Origin: Camelus dromedarius | Lineage: Eukaryota | NCBI RefSeq assembly: GCF_036321535.1 | Contig: NC_087440.1 | Location: forward strand, 29,202,001 to 29,266,000 | Direction: 5' to 3' | Length of the DNA: 64,000 nt | In this document: one piece after another, positions 39,157 to 52,304 of the stretch | Numbering within the stretch: position 1 is the stretch's first letter | Layout of the letters: each line of letters opens with the position of its first letter | Program-made: the position numbers and the translations under genes | Notes under the pieces: generated by a model | What the model saw: the letters and a program-made list of their open reading frames with translations, nothing else | Database searches by the model: none | What the model was told of the DNA's origin: nothing

Positions 39157-40077
39157 TTACATATCTCCATTGGAATGCATGTAGTAGCTTCTGAATCTCT
39201 TTATAGCATTTTTTATCTCTTTATTTGTCAGGTTATAAATGGCTGGATTTAGGAGAGGTGTAAAGACAGAGTAAAACACAACAAGAAATTTGTCCACCCA
39301 GGTGATGCTGAGTGGCCACACATAGATGAAGATGCAGGGCCCAAAGAAGAGCACCACCACTGTGATGTGGGCAGTGCAGGTAGAGAGGGCCCTGGAAGCA
39401 CCAGTTTTAGAGCTTTGGCGAACAGCGAGAAGAATATATGTGTAGGGTATCAGCAATACTATAAAGCAGGTTATGGCTAGAAGCCCACTGTCAGCATTCA
39501 TCAATACTCCCAAGTTATAGGAATCTATGCAGGCAAGCTTGATTATCAGTGATACATCACAGAAGAAGCTGTCAATTTCCCTGGGGCCACAGAAGGGCAG
39601 TCGCATAATCACAACCATTTGACTCATGGCATGCACAAAGCCAATGGTCCAGGAAGTCGCCACGAGCCCAATGCACTTTTGCAGGTTCATAATGGTCGAA
39701 TAGTGGAGTGGCTTGCAGATGGCCACGTAGTGGTCATAGGCCATTACCACCAATAGCACCATCTCACCTCCTCCAGCAAAATGCACAAAGAGGACCTGGC
39801 ACATGCAGCCTCCAAAGGAAGTAGTCTTGTTCTCCCTGACAAAGTCTGTAATCATCTTAGGGGTGGTGACTGAAGAAAGCCACGTGTCAACAAAGGACAG
39901 GTTGACCAACAAGAAGTACGTGGGGGAATGCAGGTGGGCGTCAATGATGACTAAGACCATGATGGCAATATTTTCAGATACAATGATCAGGTAAAGCATA
40001 AAAAATATCAATAGGAGTAAGACCTGCATATCCCAGCAAAGTCCCAGAAGCACTACAGACAGATTTCCTTTATCCAT
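39157..40077 (-). pseudogene. OR#4: OR4K-like paralog of OR#2; open frame (306 aa) but probably non-functional
   Basis: OR identity is certain. Relative to OR#2 it has in-frame deletions of 4 and 2 N-terminal residues and the changes GN>EN, PMY>PTY, DRY>DHY and YTLRN>YNLTN. Pseudogene status is inferred. Confidence 0.65.
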
Positions 40078-42599
40078 TTTATTCAGTGTGTCCTCTAAAA
40101 TAACCTACAGAGAAGGATAGACTGTTAGTCTCACAAGTGATGGGAAAGGGCACTTAACTTTTTAAAATTCAGTTGAAATTCTATCTCAGTGAAGTTTAAA
40201 TTTCATTGAAAATTAGCACCTGTATTTGAAAGTGCTAAAAGTTAATTAGCACTTTTTTTGTCAAGATAAACCTTTCCAGTATTAATTTTCTGTAATTAAT
40301 TTTGTACCTGTTAAAAATAGAGACATAGAAGATAGCTAATAGCAAAAGCAGAATTTCAACTGTGCTTGAGTGCAGAAATTGCTAAAAGGTGAATGTGTAC
40401 ATTGCTGAGGAACAGTTTACCAATAAGAAATCATAACTACTTTTAAAATCAGTTTTGAAGTTGTTAATATTTTATAATACTGGTAGACTATATTACTTGA
40501 TTAAAATTAATCAATATTTGGGATAACTTGTAGAGTAATGTGGACTTTTAAATTAGTCAAATCTGGTCTGAACTCTATTACTTGTTGACCTTGTGAGCTT
40601 GACTTAAATATTTCTGTTTCCATTTCCTCATCTGTATAAAGAGAATACTCAATATAATAGACTTGTCTTCAAGCCAGAAAATATACAGAAAGCAATGAAA
40701 GTTTTCTGGTACTCAGTGCATGAATAATAAATATTAGATATTTCTTTATTCATTAAAATGCAACTTCAAGCTCTGCAGTTCCCAGAGCTTACTGGCAACA
40801 ATCTTAGTTAACGGCCACACATCTTCTGTAAGTACAGTATATGGAATCAATTTTCTTTAAAACACGTACTGCTTATATTTTTTCTAAATTAATAAGCAGA
40901 TGCTTAGCAGCCCTATAGGATGTAGGTGGGAGGGAAATAGCAGACTTGCTTCTTGCTTTCCATGCGCTTAACACCTTTTTCACCTTTCACATCTGCTTTT
41001 GTCTAGGAGGGGTTTAATATTTTAAGAAACCTACAAGAGGCAATAGCACATTTTCTTAAAGTACCTTTGGAATCTTGTAACTCTGGGTGAATTTTCACAA
41101 AAGGAGGTACTGATAACTTTGGGATTAGGGACATTGAAAAGTTAGAGAAAGACAAATAGAGGTTTTTTTTTTTTTTTGAGTATTAAAATATAGCCACACA
41201 TTTTTCATTCCGGTCTAGATGCAATGTCCTTCTATTAATTTTTAAATAAGAGTAATCCTGAAACTGTGAGATTATCAACATTTATAATTGTACAAAGAGA
41301 AACTTGGACATGAGAAAATTTAATAGATTGCCTGAGCTATACACTGGTAAGTTATACAGAGATACTCTACCTTCCTTTCTCTACCCAAAACTGGCTTCCT
41401 TTTTTCCTCAGGTTATGAGTTTTAATACTATTAAATCCTATTAATCCTACAGTAACTGAGTTTCATATCACTTCTCACTGGATATCTATTATTTTATTTC
41501 TATCTCTATGCTAAATGTTATCTTATTATGCATTACTCGCTCTGATATAAAATACTTTATCTTCTTAAATTGTAAGGCAAGAATCATTTAGCAGGATAGC
41601 TGGGAGTTGCTAATTATCAGGTAGCTGTGATAATAATCAAAGAACCATGATCTCCTGAGGCAGACCTGGGAGCATCTCTGAGGCACAGCATTATGGTGGT
41701 GTGTACACTGTTGTTAAAGAGACCATAGAAATTCCAGTAGAATAGAATAGAATAGGAGCAGAAAACCCATAAATTATCTCTTTAAAGGTTAGAAGCTAAA
41801 CAAGGCATAATCATCTTCAACCATAGGCATGCATGAAACAGAGGCATATAAATATTAAAAAAATTATTTTTAAGAAGAGAGTCACAGAGAATATGAGATA
41901 ACTTACTATACACAAGTTTTCTCTAGGACCGGATAAATTTTACTCTCTCTTCTGATAGATGCTTGAGATAACATCCACTGTTGGGTAGAGACAGTATCTA
42001 TGGAAGAAGTTTCCGTCAGCTTGATATATATTCATCACTGGAGGGAATCCCTTGTGTGAAGTTTTCCTATTTTCTGTTTTGGGCAGAACAAGAATCATGA
42101 AAATAATTTACATTGGACATCTCTTGGGGACTTCTTTGTTAAGAGTAATAATTTTTGCATATTCTGAAAATCAGAAAAGGGAGACAAGCAAAATCGTATG
42201 TAAAGCAGCTAAGTATTAAACATCAGTGAAGTTTTAAATTGTTTTTCATTTAACCTGTAAGTACTAAGAAGATGTCTTCTGCAGTCTTAATCTCTAACTA
42301 GATCTAAATAATCAGATTCAATTAAGGTTTAGTTCCAGTTTCTAGAGCAGTCATATCCTAACCAGTGTGATATACAACCACCAAAAGAAAACCCTGCCAT
42401 GAATGGCATGCTCTACTGCACGTCTAATGTTCTATAAACAGACAGGTAATCTTGATTGGCTGACTGATTTCTTTCAACATTATCTATGATTATTTGAGGT
42501 CCTGATAGGCAGTGAGTGTCAAATTATTAAGATATCTTTAGATTAAAAAAAGAACATTGATGTTAGAGTAAAATACATTCATTTTGGCCTTTTAGATTT

Positions 42600-44100
42600 T
42601 TAAAATAACTTTACTGTGGTGTAATCAACATATAACAAACCACATGTATTTAAAGTGGTCAATGTCCAAAATATATAAATAGCTCATACAACTCAACATC
42701 AAAATAAGAAACAACCCAGTTTAAATTTAACAGAAGAACTGAGTAGACATTTCTCCAAAGATGACATGCAGATGGCCAATGGGCACATGAAAAGATGCTA
42801 ATCAGGGAAAAGATGCACATGAAAATTGCTAATCAGGGAAATGCAAATCAAAATCACAATGAGATACTACCTCACACTTGTCAGAGTGGCTATCATCAAA
42901 AAGTACACAAATTGCTTGCAGGAATGCAGAAAAAAGGGAACCCTCATACTCTGTTGGTAGGAAAATAAATTGGGGCAGCCACTGTGGATAACAGTATGGA
43001 GTTTTCGCTAAAAGCTAAAAATAGAATCACCATACGACCCAGCAATTCCACTCCTGGGTATATATCCATGAAAACAGAAACACTAATTTGAAAAGATACA
43101 CTCACCCCCATATTCAGAGCAGCATTATTTACAATTGCCAAGATGTGGAAGCAATTTAAGTGTCCATTAACAGATGAGAAGTTAATGAAGATATGTTGTA
43201 TATATACAATGGAATACTATTCAGCTGTAAAAAGAATGAAATGTCACCATTTGCAGCAACATGGATGGACTTGGACTATATTATGCTAAGTTAAATAAAC
43301 AGAGAAAGACAAATATTGTATGATATCCCTTATATGTGGAATCTAAAAATTTCAACAAATTAGTGAAAATAACAAAAAAGAAGCAGACTCACAGATACAG
43401 ATAACAAACTAGTAGTTAACATTTGAGAGAAGGGAGAAGGGACAATACAAGGGTAGAGAATTAAGAGATGCAAACTATTCTGTGTAAAATAAACTACAAA
43501 GATATTGTACAATGTAGGGAATATAGCCAGTATTTTATAATTACCATAAATTGAGTATAACCTTTAAAAATTGTCAATCACCATATTGTATACCTGTAAT
43601 TTATGTAATATTTTGCATCAACTATATTTCAATACAAAAAGAAAAAGTGTATGAATTGATAAAATTTGACATATATATTCAAACTTAAAAACACGATTAA
43701 GATAGTGAACATACGCATCAGCCTGTAAAAGCTTTTGTGTTCCTTGATAATCCCCCTTTTCCATCCCTCCCTCCCCAGATGACTCCTAATCTGCTTTCTA
43801 ATACATTAGTTTGCATTTCTAGAGTTTAGTAAAAGTTGAGACATGTAGAATGTACTTTTTGTTGCCTGACTTTTTTCACCCAGCATACTTAATCTGATAT
43901 TTATCATGTTTTTCTGTGTATCAATAGTGTGTTCCTTCCTATTGCTAACTAGTATTCCATTTTATGTATATTCCACAGTTTGTTAAATGATTTGTCTGCT
44001 GAGGGACTTTTGAGTTGTTTCCAGTTTTTGGCTCTTATAAATAAAGTTATGAACATTTATATATGTTTATGTATATGAACATTTATATACATATCTGTAT
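42600..44100 (-). mobile_element. Old L1 3' end split by a younger L1
   Basis: AACTTTACTGTGGTGTAATCAACAT...ATTTAAAGTG at 42608-42657 continues as TATGAATTGATAAAATTTGAC at 43650. Confidence 0.75.
42658..43643 (+). mobile_element. 5'-truncated L1 (~1 kb) nested in the older L1, TSD AAAGTG
   Basis: Sense L1 ORF2 C-terminus and 3' UTR with an A-rich tail; AAAGTG at 42652-42657 and 43644-43649. Confidence 0.9.
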
Positions 44101-44504
44101 ATATGTATGTATATATGTATGACTTGAATTCTTTAACTTTTATTAGGACTTATTTTATGGCCCAGAATATGGTCTAAGTTAGTAAATGTTCTTTGTGAAC
44201 TTCAAAAGGATGAATATTCTGATGTTTTTGGTTAAAGTGATCTATAAATATCAATTATGTCAAATTGGTTCACAGTGTTTCTCAGCTATATTACATCTCT
44301 GATAAATTTTTGTCTACTTGTGTATTCCCATCAATAATGAATGATAGCTCGTATTACTCTGCATACTTTCCAGCTTTTGATAGTGTCAGTGCTTTGGATT
44401 TATCATTATAATAGATGTGAACTGATAGATCATTATTTCAATTTAAATTTCCCAATGATGTATAATGTTGAACATCTTTTCATATGCTTATTTGCCATCT
44501 ATCT

Positions 44505-47500
44505 ATTCTTTTTTCCTACAGTATTTTTTATTGAAATATAATCAGTTACAACGTGTAAATTTCTGCTGTGCAGCATAATGTCCCAGTCATGCACATACAT
44601 GTATATATTAGTTTTCACATTCTTTTTCATTAAAGGTTATTACAAGATACTGAATATAGTTCCCTGTGCTATACAGAAGAAATTTGTTTTTTCTCTATTT
44701 TTATGTATAGTGGTTAATATTTACAAATCTCAAACTCCCAAATTTATCCCTTCCCACCGTCTTTCCCCCGGTAACCGTAAGATTGTTTACTGTGTCTGCG
44801 AGTTTGCTTCTGCTTTGTAGATAAGTTCATTAGTGTCCTCTTCTCTTTTCTTTCTTTTCTTTCCTTTCTTTCCTTTCTTCTTTCTTTCTTTTTCCACATA
44901 TAAGTGATATCATATGGTATTTTTCTTTCTCTCTCTGGCTTACTTCACTTAGAATGACGATCTCCAGTTCCATCCATGTTGCTGCAAGTGGCATTATTTT
45001 ATTCTTTTTTTAAGACTGAGTAGTATTCCATTGTATAAATATGTAACAGCTTTATCCAGTCATCTGTTGAGGACATTTAGGTTGCTTCCATGTCTTGATG
45101 TCTGTATATAGTGCTGCTATAAACATTGGGGTGCTTGTATCTTTTCGAATTGGAGTTCCTCTGGATATATGCCCAGGAGTGGGATTACTGGATCATATGG
45201 TAAGTCTATTTAGTTTTTTGGGGAATCTACATACTGTTTTCCATAATGGCTGCACCAGACTGCATTCCAGCTAGTAGTGTAAGAGAGTTCCCTTTTCTCT
45301 CGAACCTCTCCAGCATTTATGGTNNNNNNNNNNNNNNNNNNNNNNNNNNNNNNNNNNNNNNNNNNNNNNNNNNNNNNNNNNNNNNNNNNNNNNNNNNNNN
45401 NNNNNNNNNNNNNNNNNNNNNNNNNNNNNNNNNNNNNNNNNNNNNNNNNNNNNNNNNNNNNNNNNNNNNNNNNNNNNNNCTTCTGCCAATGTTTGGATTG
45501 GGTTTTTTTTTTTTATTAAGTTATATGAGTTGTTTATATATTCTGGAAACTAAGCCCTTTTTAGTCACATCATTTGCAAGTATTATCTTCCATTCTGAAG
45601 GTTGTCATTTTGTTTTGCTTGTGATTTCCTTTGCTGTGCAAAAGCTTATAAGTTTAATTAGGTCCCATTTGTTTATTTTTGCTTTTATTTCTATTGCCTG
45701 GGTAGCTGCCCTAGGCAAACATTGCTAAGATTTATGTCAGAGAATGTTTTGCCTATGTTTTCTTCTAGGAGATTTGTTGTGTCTTGTCTTATATTTAAGT
45801 CTTTAAGCCATTCTAATTTTATTTTTGTGTATAGAGTAAGAGAGTATTCAATCTCAAAATACTAACTAGAAAAAATCCTGAGGAGAATCATAAAAGTAAT
45901 TTTTACTGTTTGTTGTATAAAATTGGAAAATTAAAATCAAATAATATTTATTGATTTAGGGTTTTTTGAAAATTTACAAGCATATTTATAAAATATATCC
46001 AGCTAAATGTACGTATAGAAGGAATCAAATCTGATATGGTAGATGAAATCATTCATTATGACAACTTGTACATATGATCAAATATGAAATATCTTTAAAA
46101 ATCTATATTTCTACTCAGACACAGGTAAAACTAAGTTAGAGTTAGAAAAAGAAAACGGTCCTTTCTAACATAAAGCTCACATGGAAAATTTAAATGAGTG
46201 GCATTTATTATGCAAATAACATTGAACTGAAAAGAAATGAAAGACAATTGAGTAAAACTGGATCAGACAAGGTTTGGCTTCTCTAGCAGGAGCTTGAGAA
46301 TGCGATGGGTGGCCTGTGATTGGGGAACCTAGCCTTTTCTGTGCCATTCGTGTTACATGCTGCTGTCCAGTTTTCCCAACACCACTTGCTGAAGAGACTT
46401 TTCTCCATTGTATATTCTTGCCCCCTTTGTCAAAGATTAGTTGATTGTATGTCTGTGGGTTTATTTCTGGGCTCTCTATTCTGTTCCATTGATCCATGTG
46501 TCTGTTTTTTTTGCTAATACCACGCTGTTTGATTACTGTTAGCTCTGTAGTATTGTCTGAAGTGTTGGAGAGTTATTCTTCCAGCTTCATTCTTTTTCTT
46601 CAGTATTGCTTTGGCAATTATGGGACTTTTGTGATTCCATGTAAAGTTTAGAATTATATGTTCTACTTCTATAAAAAAAAAAAGTCCTGGGTAATTTGAT
46701 ACTGATCTCATTAAATCTGTAGATTGCCTTGGGCAGAATGGCCATTTTAAGTATTTTGATTCTTCCAATCCAAGATCGTGGGATATCTTTCCATTTCTTT
46801 AAATAATCTTTAATTTCTTTAATCAGTGTTTTGTAGTTCTCCATGTATAAGTCTTTCACCTCCTTGGTCAGATTTATTCCTAAGTATTTTATTGATTTCA
46901 ATGCAATTTTAAAAGGGATTGTTTCTTTACTTTCTTTTCCTGCTATTTCATTGTTGGTGTAAAGAAATGCAACTAATTTCTGTATGTTAATCTTGTATCC
47001 TGCTACCTTGCCAAATTGTCTTATCAGCTCAAAAGTGTGGTGCTTTTAGGGTGTCTATATATGATACCATGTCATCTGCATGTAGTGACAATTTTACCTC
47101 TTCTGTTNNNNNNNNNNNNNNNNNNNNNNNNNNNNNNNNNNNNNNNNNNNNNNNNNNNNNNNNNNNNNNNNNNNNNNNNNNNNNNNNNNNNNNNNNNNNN
47201 NNNNNNNNNNNNNNNNNNNNNNNNNNNNNNNNNNNNNGTTTTTCACCATTGAGTATTATGCTGGCTGTGGGTTTGTCATAAATAGCTTTTATTATGTTAA
47301 AATATGTTCCATCTCTACCCACTTTGGTAGGAGTTTTTAATCATAAATTGGTGTTGAATTTTATCAAATGCTTTTTCTGCATCTGTTGAGATGATCATGT
47401 GATTTTTGTCCTTTTTTTTNNNNNNNNNNNNNNNNNNNNNNNNNNNNNNNNNNNNNNNNNNNNNNNNNNNNNNNNNNNNNNNNNNNNNNNNNNNNNNNNN

Positions 47501-49440
47501 NNNNNNNNNNNNNNNNNNNNNNNNNNNNNNNNNNNNNNNNNNNNNNNNNNNNNNNNNNNNNATCTATGTTCATCAATGGATGAGACTGGCCTGTAATTTT
47601 CTTTTTTGGTTGTGTCTTTGGCTTTGGTATCAGGGTGATGGTGGCTTCATAGAATAAGTTTAGGAGTATTCCCTCCTTTTCAGTCTTTGGAAGAAATTGA
47701 GAAGGACCAGTATGAATTTTTCTTTGTATGTTTGGTAGAATTCCCTAGTGAAGCCATCTAGTCTTGGACTTTTGTTTGTAGGGAGGTTTTTTTTGGTTTT
47801 TTTTTAGTTGTTAATTCTGTTTCATTTCTAGTAATTGGTCTTTTCAAGTGGTCTGTTTCTTCTTGATTCACTCTTGGTGGACTGTATGTTTCCATAGATT
47901 TGTCAGTTTCTTTCAGGTTGTCCAGTTTGTTTCCAAATAGTTGTTCATAGTATTCTCTTATGGTTTTTTGTATTTCTGTAGTATTGGTTATAACTTCTTC
48001 ATTTTCTTTTCTTATTTTGTTTATTTGTGTTCTCTCTCTTTTCTTCTTGGTGAGCTTGGCCAGAGGTTTCTCAATTTTGTTTTCTCTTTTAAAAGATCAT
48101 CTCTTGATTTAATTGATATTTTTCTATTTTTTTTAAATCTCTATTTTATTTATTTCCTCCCTGATCTGTATTTTTTTTCTTCCTTCTGCTAACTTTAGGT
48201 TTTGTTTGGTCTTCTTTTTCTAATTCTTTTTGGTTATAGGTTAGATTGTTTATTTGAGATTTTTCTTGTTTTTTGAGGAAGACCTGTATTGCTGTGAACT
48301 TCTCTCTTAGGACATTTTCCTGCATCCCATAGATTTTGTGTGGTTGTGTTTTCATTATCATTCTTCTCAAAGTATTTTTTAATTTCTTTGATTTCATTGT
48401 TGACCTGTTGTTTTTTAGTAGCATGTTGTTTAGTCTCCGTGTAGTCGTTTTTTGTTTTTGTTTTTGTTTTTTTTTTCTCATTTGTCTTTTTATGGTTGAT
48501 TTGTAGTTTCATGGCATTGTGGTCAGAAAAGATGCTTGAAATAATGTCTATTCTCTTAAATTTGTTGAGACTTCTTTTAAGCCTGAGTATGTGATCTATC
48601 CTAGAAAATGTTCCATGCACACTTGAAAAGGATGTATATTTGTTTTTCTGGGGATGTAATGTCCTAAAAATATCAACCAATTCAAACTGTTCTATTGTGC
48701 CATTTAGTATCTCCATTGATTTTCTGTCTGGAAGATCTGTCCAATAATGTTAATGGGATGTTGAAATCTCCTACTGTGATTGTGTTCCCATCAATTTCTC
48801 TCTTTATGTCTGTTAGTATTTGCTTTATATATTTAAGTGCTCTTTTATTGAGTGCAGATATGTTAACGAGTATAATATCATCATCTTGTATTGCTCCTTT
48901 AATCATTATATAGTGTCCTTCTTTATTTATGGTCTCTGATTTAAAGTCTTATTTCGTCTGATGTGAATATTGCTACTTTCATTTTCTTGTCCTTTCCATT
49001 TGTGTGAAATATCTTATTCAGTCCTCCCACTTTTGACCTATATGTGTCCCTCACCCTAAAGTGGGTCTCTTGCATGCAGCATATTGTAGGCTTTTGTTTT
49101 ATTATTCAATCTGCTGCTCTGTGTCTTTTGATTGGAGCGTTTAGTCCATTGATATTTGTAGTAATTACTGATAGATGTATCTTTATTGCCATTTTGAATT
49201 TAGTTTTCCACTTGATTTGATATTTCCTCTTTGTTGCTATCTTTTTCTTTTTCTTTCTTTTTTTTCTTTTGTGTGTGTGTGTGTGTGTGTGTGTGGTTTG
49301 ATAATTTTTTTTAGTAGTTTCTTGGTTTCTTTTTGGCTTTTGTGACTCTTGTGTATTTTTGATTTTTTGTTACCCTGCTTTTTAAGTATATGAACCCATT
49401 TTTATAATTGTTTGCTTTAAACTGATAGTCATATATGTTG
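44505..49440 (-). mobile_element. Long young L1: 3' UTR, disrupted ORF2 (start ATG at 49192) and inter-ORF region
   Basis: Minus-strand endonuclease peptides (VGDFNIPL, TFSRIDHILR, SDHNAMKL), RT peptide LHADDM and [12 protein letters not shown]. Contains three N-runs, frameshifts, a (TG)13 at 49270-49295 and a foreign 506-bp insert. Confidence 0.95.
45848..46353 (+). repeat. 506-bp direct copy of 57879-58388 inserted within L1 ORF2
   Basis: Base-by-base comparison shows 3 substitutions and one 4-nt indel. Confidence 0.97.
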
Positions 49441-50145
49441 GTGCATTATTGTTTATTGCAGTCTCATAATCATCTGTAATTTTGTAATGTTGGTATTTGT
49501 TTTTCCTTTTTCATTTCTCAATTTATTTACTTGACTTCTCTCTTTTTCTTGGTGAGACTTGGTAAAGATTCACTAATTCTGTTTATCTTTTCAAAGAAGC
49601 AACCTTTGTTTCCATTTATCTTTTCTATTATTTTCTTTAGTCTCTATTTCATTTATTTTCATCTGATCTTCATTATTTCCTTCTTCTACTAACATTGGGC
49701 TTTGTTCTTTTTCTAGTTATATTGGTTATCTGAGATTTATTTTTGTTTCTTGAGGTGGCGTGTATAACTATAAACTTCCCTATTAGAACTACTTTTGCTA
49801 CATCCCATAGATTATGTTATATTGTGTTGGTATTTTCATTTGTCTCAAAGTATTTTTTGGTTTTCTATTTGATGTCATCAAAACCCCATTGGTTCTTTAG
49901 TAGCATGTTTAGCTTCCATGTGTTTGTGTTTTTCTCAGTTTTCTTATTGTAATTTATTTCTAGTTTCATACTGTGGTGGTTAGAAAATATGCTTGATATT
50001 ATTTCTATCTTCTTAAATCTATTGAGACTTATTTTGTGGCCTAACATGTGACCTAACCTGGAGAATATTCCATGTATACTTGAAAAGATTGTATATTCTG
50101 CTACATTGTGGTGGGATGTTCTGTTTTTATCTATTAAATTCATTT
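49440..50145 (-). mobile_element. Second L1 endonuclease-region fragment
   Basis: The minus-strand ORF 49865-50143 (IFSRLGHMLGHK...FSNHHSMKLEINY) repeats the EN region seen at ~48400-48700. Confidence 0.85.
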
Positions 50146-50169
50146 AAGATATACATTAAGAATTGATCA

Positions 50170-50460
50170 CCACTATATTCAGACTGGAGTATGGTGGGGG
50201 ATTTGGAAAAATAGGTGAAGGGGATTAAGAGATATAAACTTACAGTTATAAAATAAATAAGGCAAGGAATTTAATATACAACTTAGGAAATGTAGTCAAT
50301 GATATTGTAACAACTTTGTATGGTGACAGATGTTTATTGGACTTATTGTGGTGATCAATTCTTAATGTATATAAATGTCAAAATCACTATATTGTACACC
50401 TAAAACTAATATGACTCTAATACTATATCAACAATATTTCAATTAGAAAAAAAGAAAAAT
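50170..50460 (+). mobile_element. L1 3' tail (L1MA-like)
   Basis: GGTGAAGGGGATTAAGAG...GTATGGTGACAGATG...TTGTACACCTAAAACTAAT...A-rich end. Confidence 0.85.
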
Positions 50461-50599
50461 ATATAAGAAAGAAATGTTGCCAATAATAATTTGATCCATT
50501 GGTGTATGTATGTAGATTAAATGAATAAAGATAGGTATCCCAAATTATGCATAAAAATTTTATGAATTCAAGAAGCATTTATAATTTTAAAAAAGGTTA

Positions 50600-52260
50600 G
50601 AAATATATTAATAGAAGAGACATATCTTAATTTTAAAAAAGTATAGTCCATGATGCTATTTTAGAAATAAACATTATAAAATTAGAAAAAAGAAAATATC
50701 TTCCCTTCAGCATTGTACTAGTGGTTCTAACCAATGCAATATGAATAAATGTAAATAAACATCAAATACTTGGTTTGGAAAAGATCAGGAAAAAACTATT
50801 TGTTTTCTAAATAAACTCATTAGGATATTGAGAGGAACCTATAGAAAGAATAAAAATGATTGGTAGGAAATTTCAACATAGTTGCTGAATATAAAGTGAA
50901 TATACAAAAATCTGCTGTTTTTCTACATCAGTAATGACCTACTAAAAGACACAGTAAGAGAGAATTCATTGTAATAGCAAGAAAATATAATGCCTGATAA
51001 CAAATCTATTAAAATATCACTAAATATTACAAAATAAAATGTAACTAAGTAAAGAGATATACTATGTTAATGGATTAGAATAATCAAAACAAAGTTATCT
51101 TTTCTTCCCAAATTAATCTATAAATTCTATCCAATTTCAGTTGCTGTCCTAAAATTGTTTTTGAGGAATTTGGCAACTTAGTCTAAAATCATCTGGAAAA
51201 GTTAATTGACAAGAACAACTTAGATATAATAATGTAGAATATTTTGAACTTGTAGATTCACTATGCTAAATATTAACCATAGTTAAGGTTTTGTATCTTA
51301 TCTGAGAGAAAAAGTGACAGAATTAGAGGCTAAGACAGTCCCAAGGATATGCGAATAATTGATATATAGCAAAAATGACATTATAATTAGTAGGGAAAAA
51401 CTATTCAATAAATGATATTTGGATAACTGTTTATATCAATATAAAATAAATTAGATTCCTGTAAGATATAAATACAAAGTTTCTAGTTGAAGTAAATAAC
51501 TAAGTGTGAAAAAGAAATTTTAAAAATTATTTTAAAAAGTAAAGTCAATAAAATATTTTGGGCTGCCATTTGTAGAAAATGTACTATATAAGAGACAAAA
51601 CTCACAAACGTAAGGGGAAAAATTGATAAACTATGTTAAATTTTGTGTATCTATAAACATCACAAAATTTTAATATAATCTACAGGAGTGAAGATATTTC
51701 CAGTTTATATAATCTTTTTTTTTTTAACATAAAAAAGATAACATCCCAAAAGAAAAATCAGCAAAACTATGAACTGGAAAGATGAAAGAAGGGGTCAAAG
51801 AAATACTCAGATTAATGCCCAAATTCATTATTAACCAAGGAAATGCAATAAATATTTTAAAATTAGTATTTAAAATTTTTATTTAAAGTAAAAATATTTT
51901 ATACATCTAAATAAAAAAAAGCACAACAATTTGCAAAATCCTGTATTGAAAAAGTCATGGAGAAATTAGGACCCCTCATAGGGTATAAATATCTATAACT
52001 TTAAAAGAACTTTAGTAATTTCTAGTAAAGTTAGGAAGTTTATTATACCTTACAACTCAGCACTTTCAGTTTTAGGTAAATATCCTAGAGAAATTATCAC
52101 ATGCACACAAAGAAGCATATATATGTATACTCAATTGAGACATTATTTATAACAGTAAATAATTAGGTAATTCTAAATTTTCCCCAAGAGGTGAGATAAA
52201 TAAATTTTGGAATATCCATGAAATAGTAGACACTGTAGCCGCTAAAATGAATGAACTAAA
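50600..52260 (+). mobile_element. Old L1 (L1ME-like) ORF2/3' remnants
   Basis: Very A-rich, with degraded ORF2 landmarks (CCCAAATTAATCTATAAATTC at ~51108). Confidence 0.65.
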
Positions 52261-52304
52261 TTCAAGAAGTGGTGTGAAAAAGTTATATATCCACAGATAA
52301 AAGT

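Noticed and set aside
40212-40255. 10-bp inverted repeat AAAGTGCTAA/TTAGCACTTT with a 7-nt loop plus a third TTAGCAC
   Set aside because: Short and AT-rich with no TSD or MITE structure; compatible with chance or local slippage.
42783-42841. Short internal tandem duplications (also 38968-38989, 44049-44088, GAAATT repeats near 5998-6022)
   Set aside because: Ordinary replication slippage; too short and too few units for an array or CRISPR-like structure.
46177-50143. L1 ORF2 peptides as protein-coding genes (also 12887-13257, 36832-37857, 52320-52791)
   Set aside because: Fragmented retrotransposon remnants with stops and frameshifts; no intact ORF1/ORF2, so not an active element.
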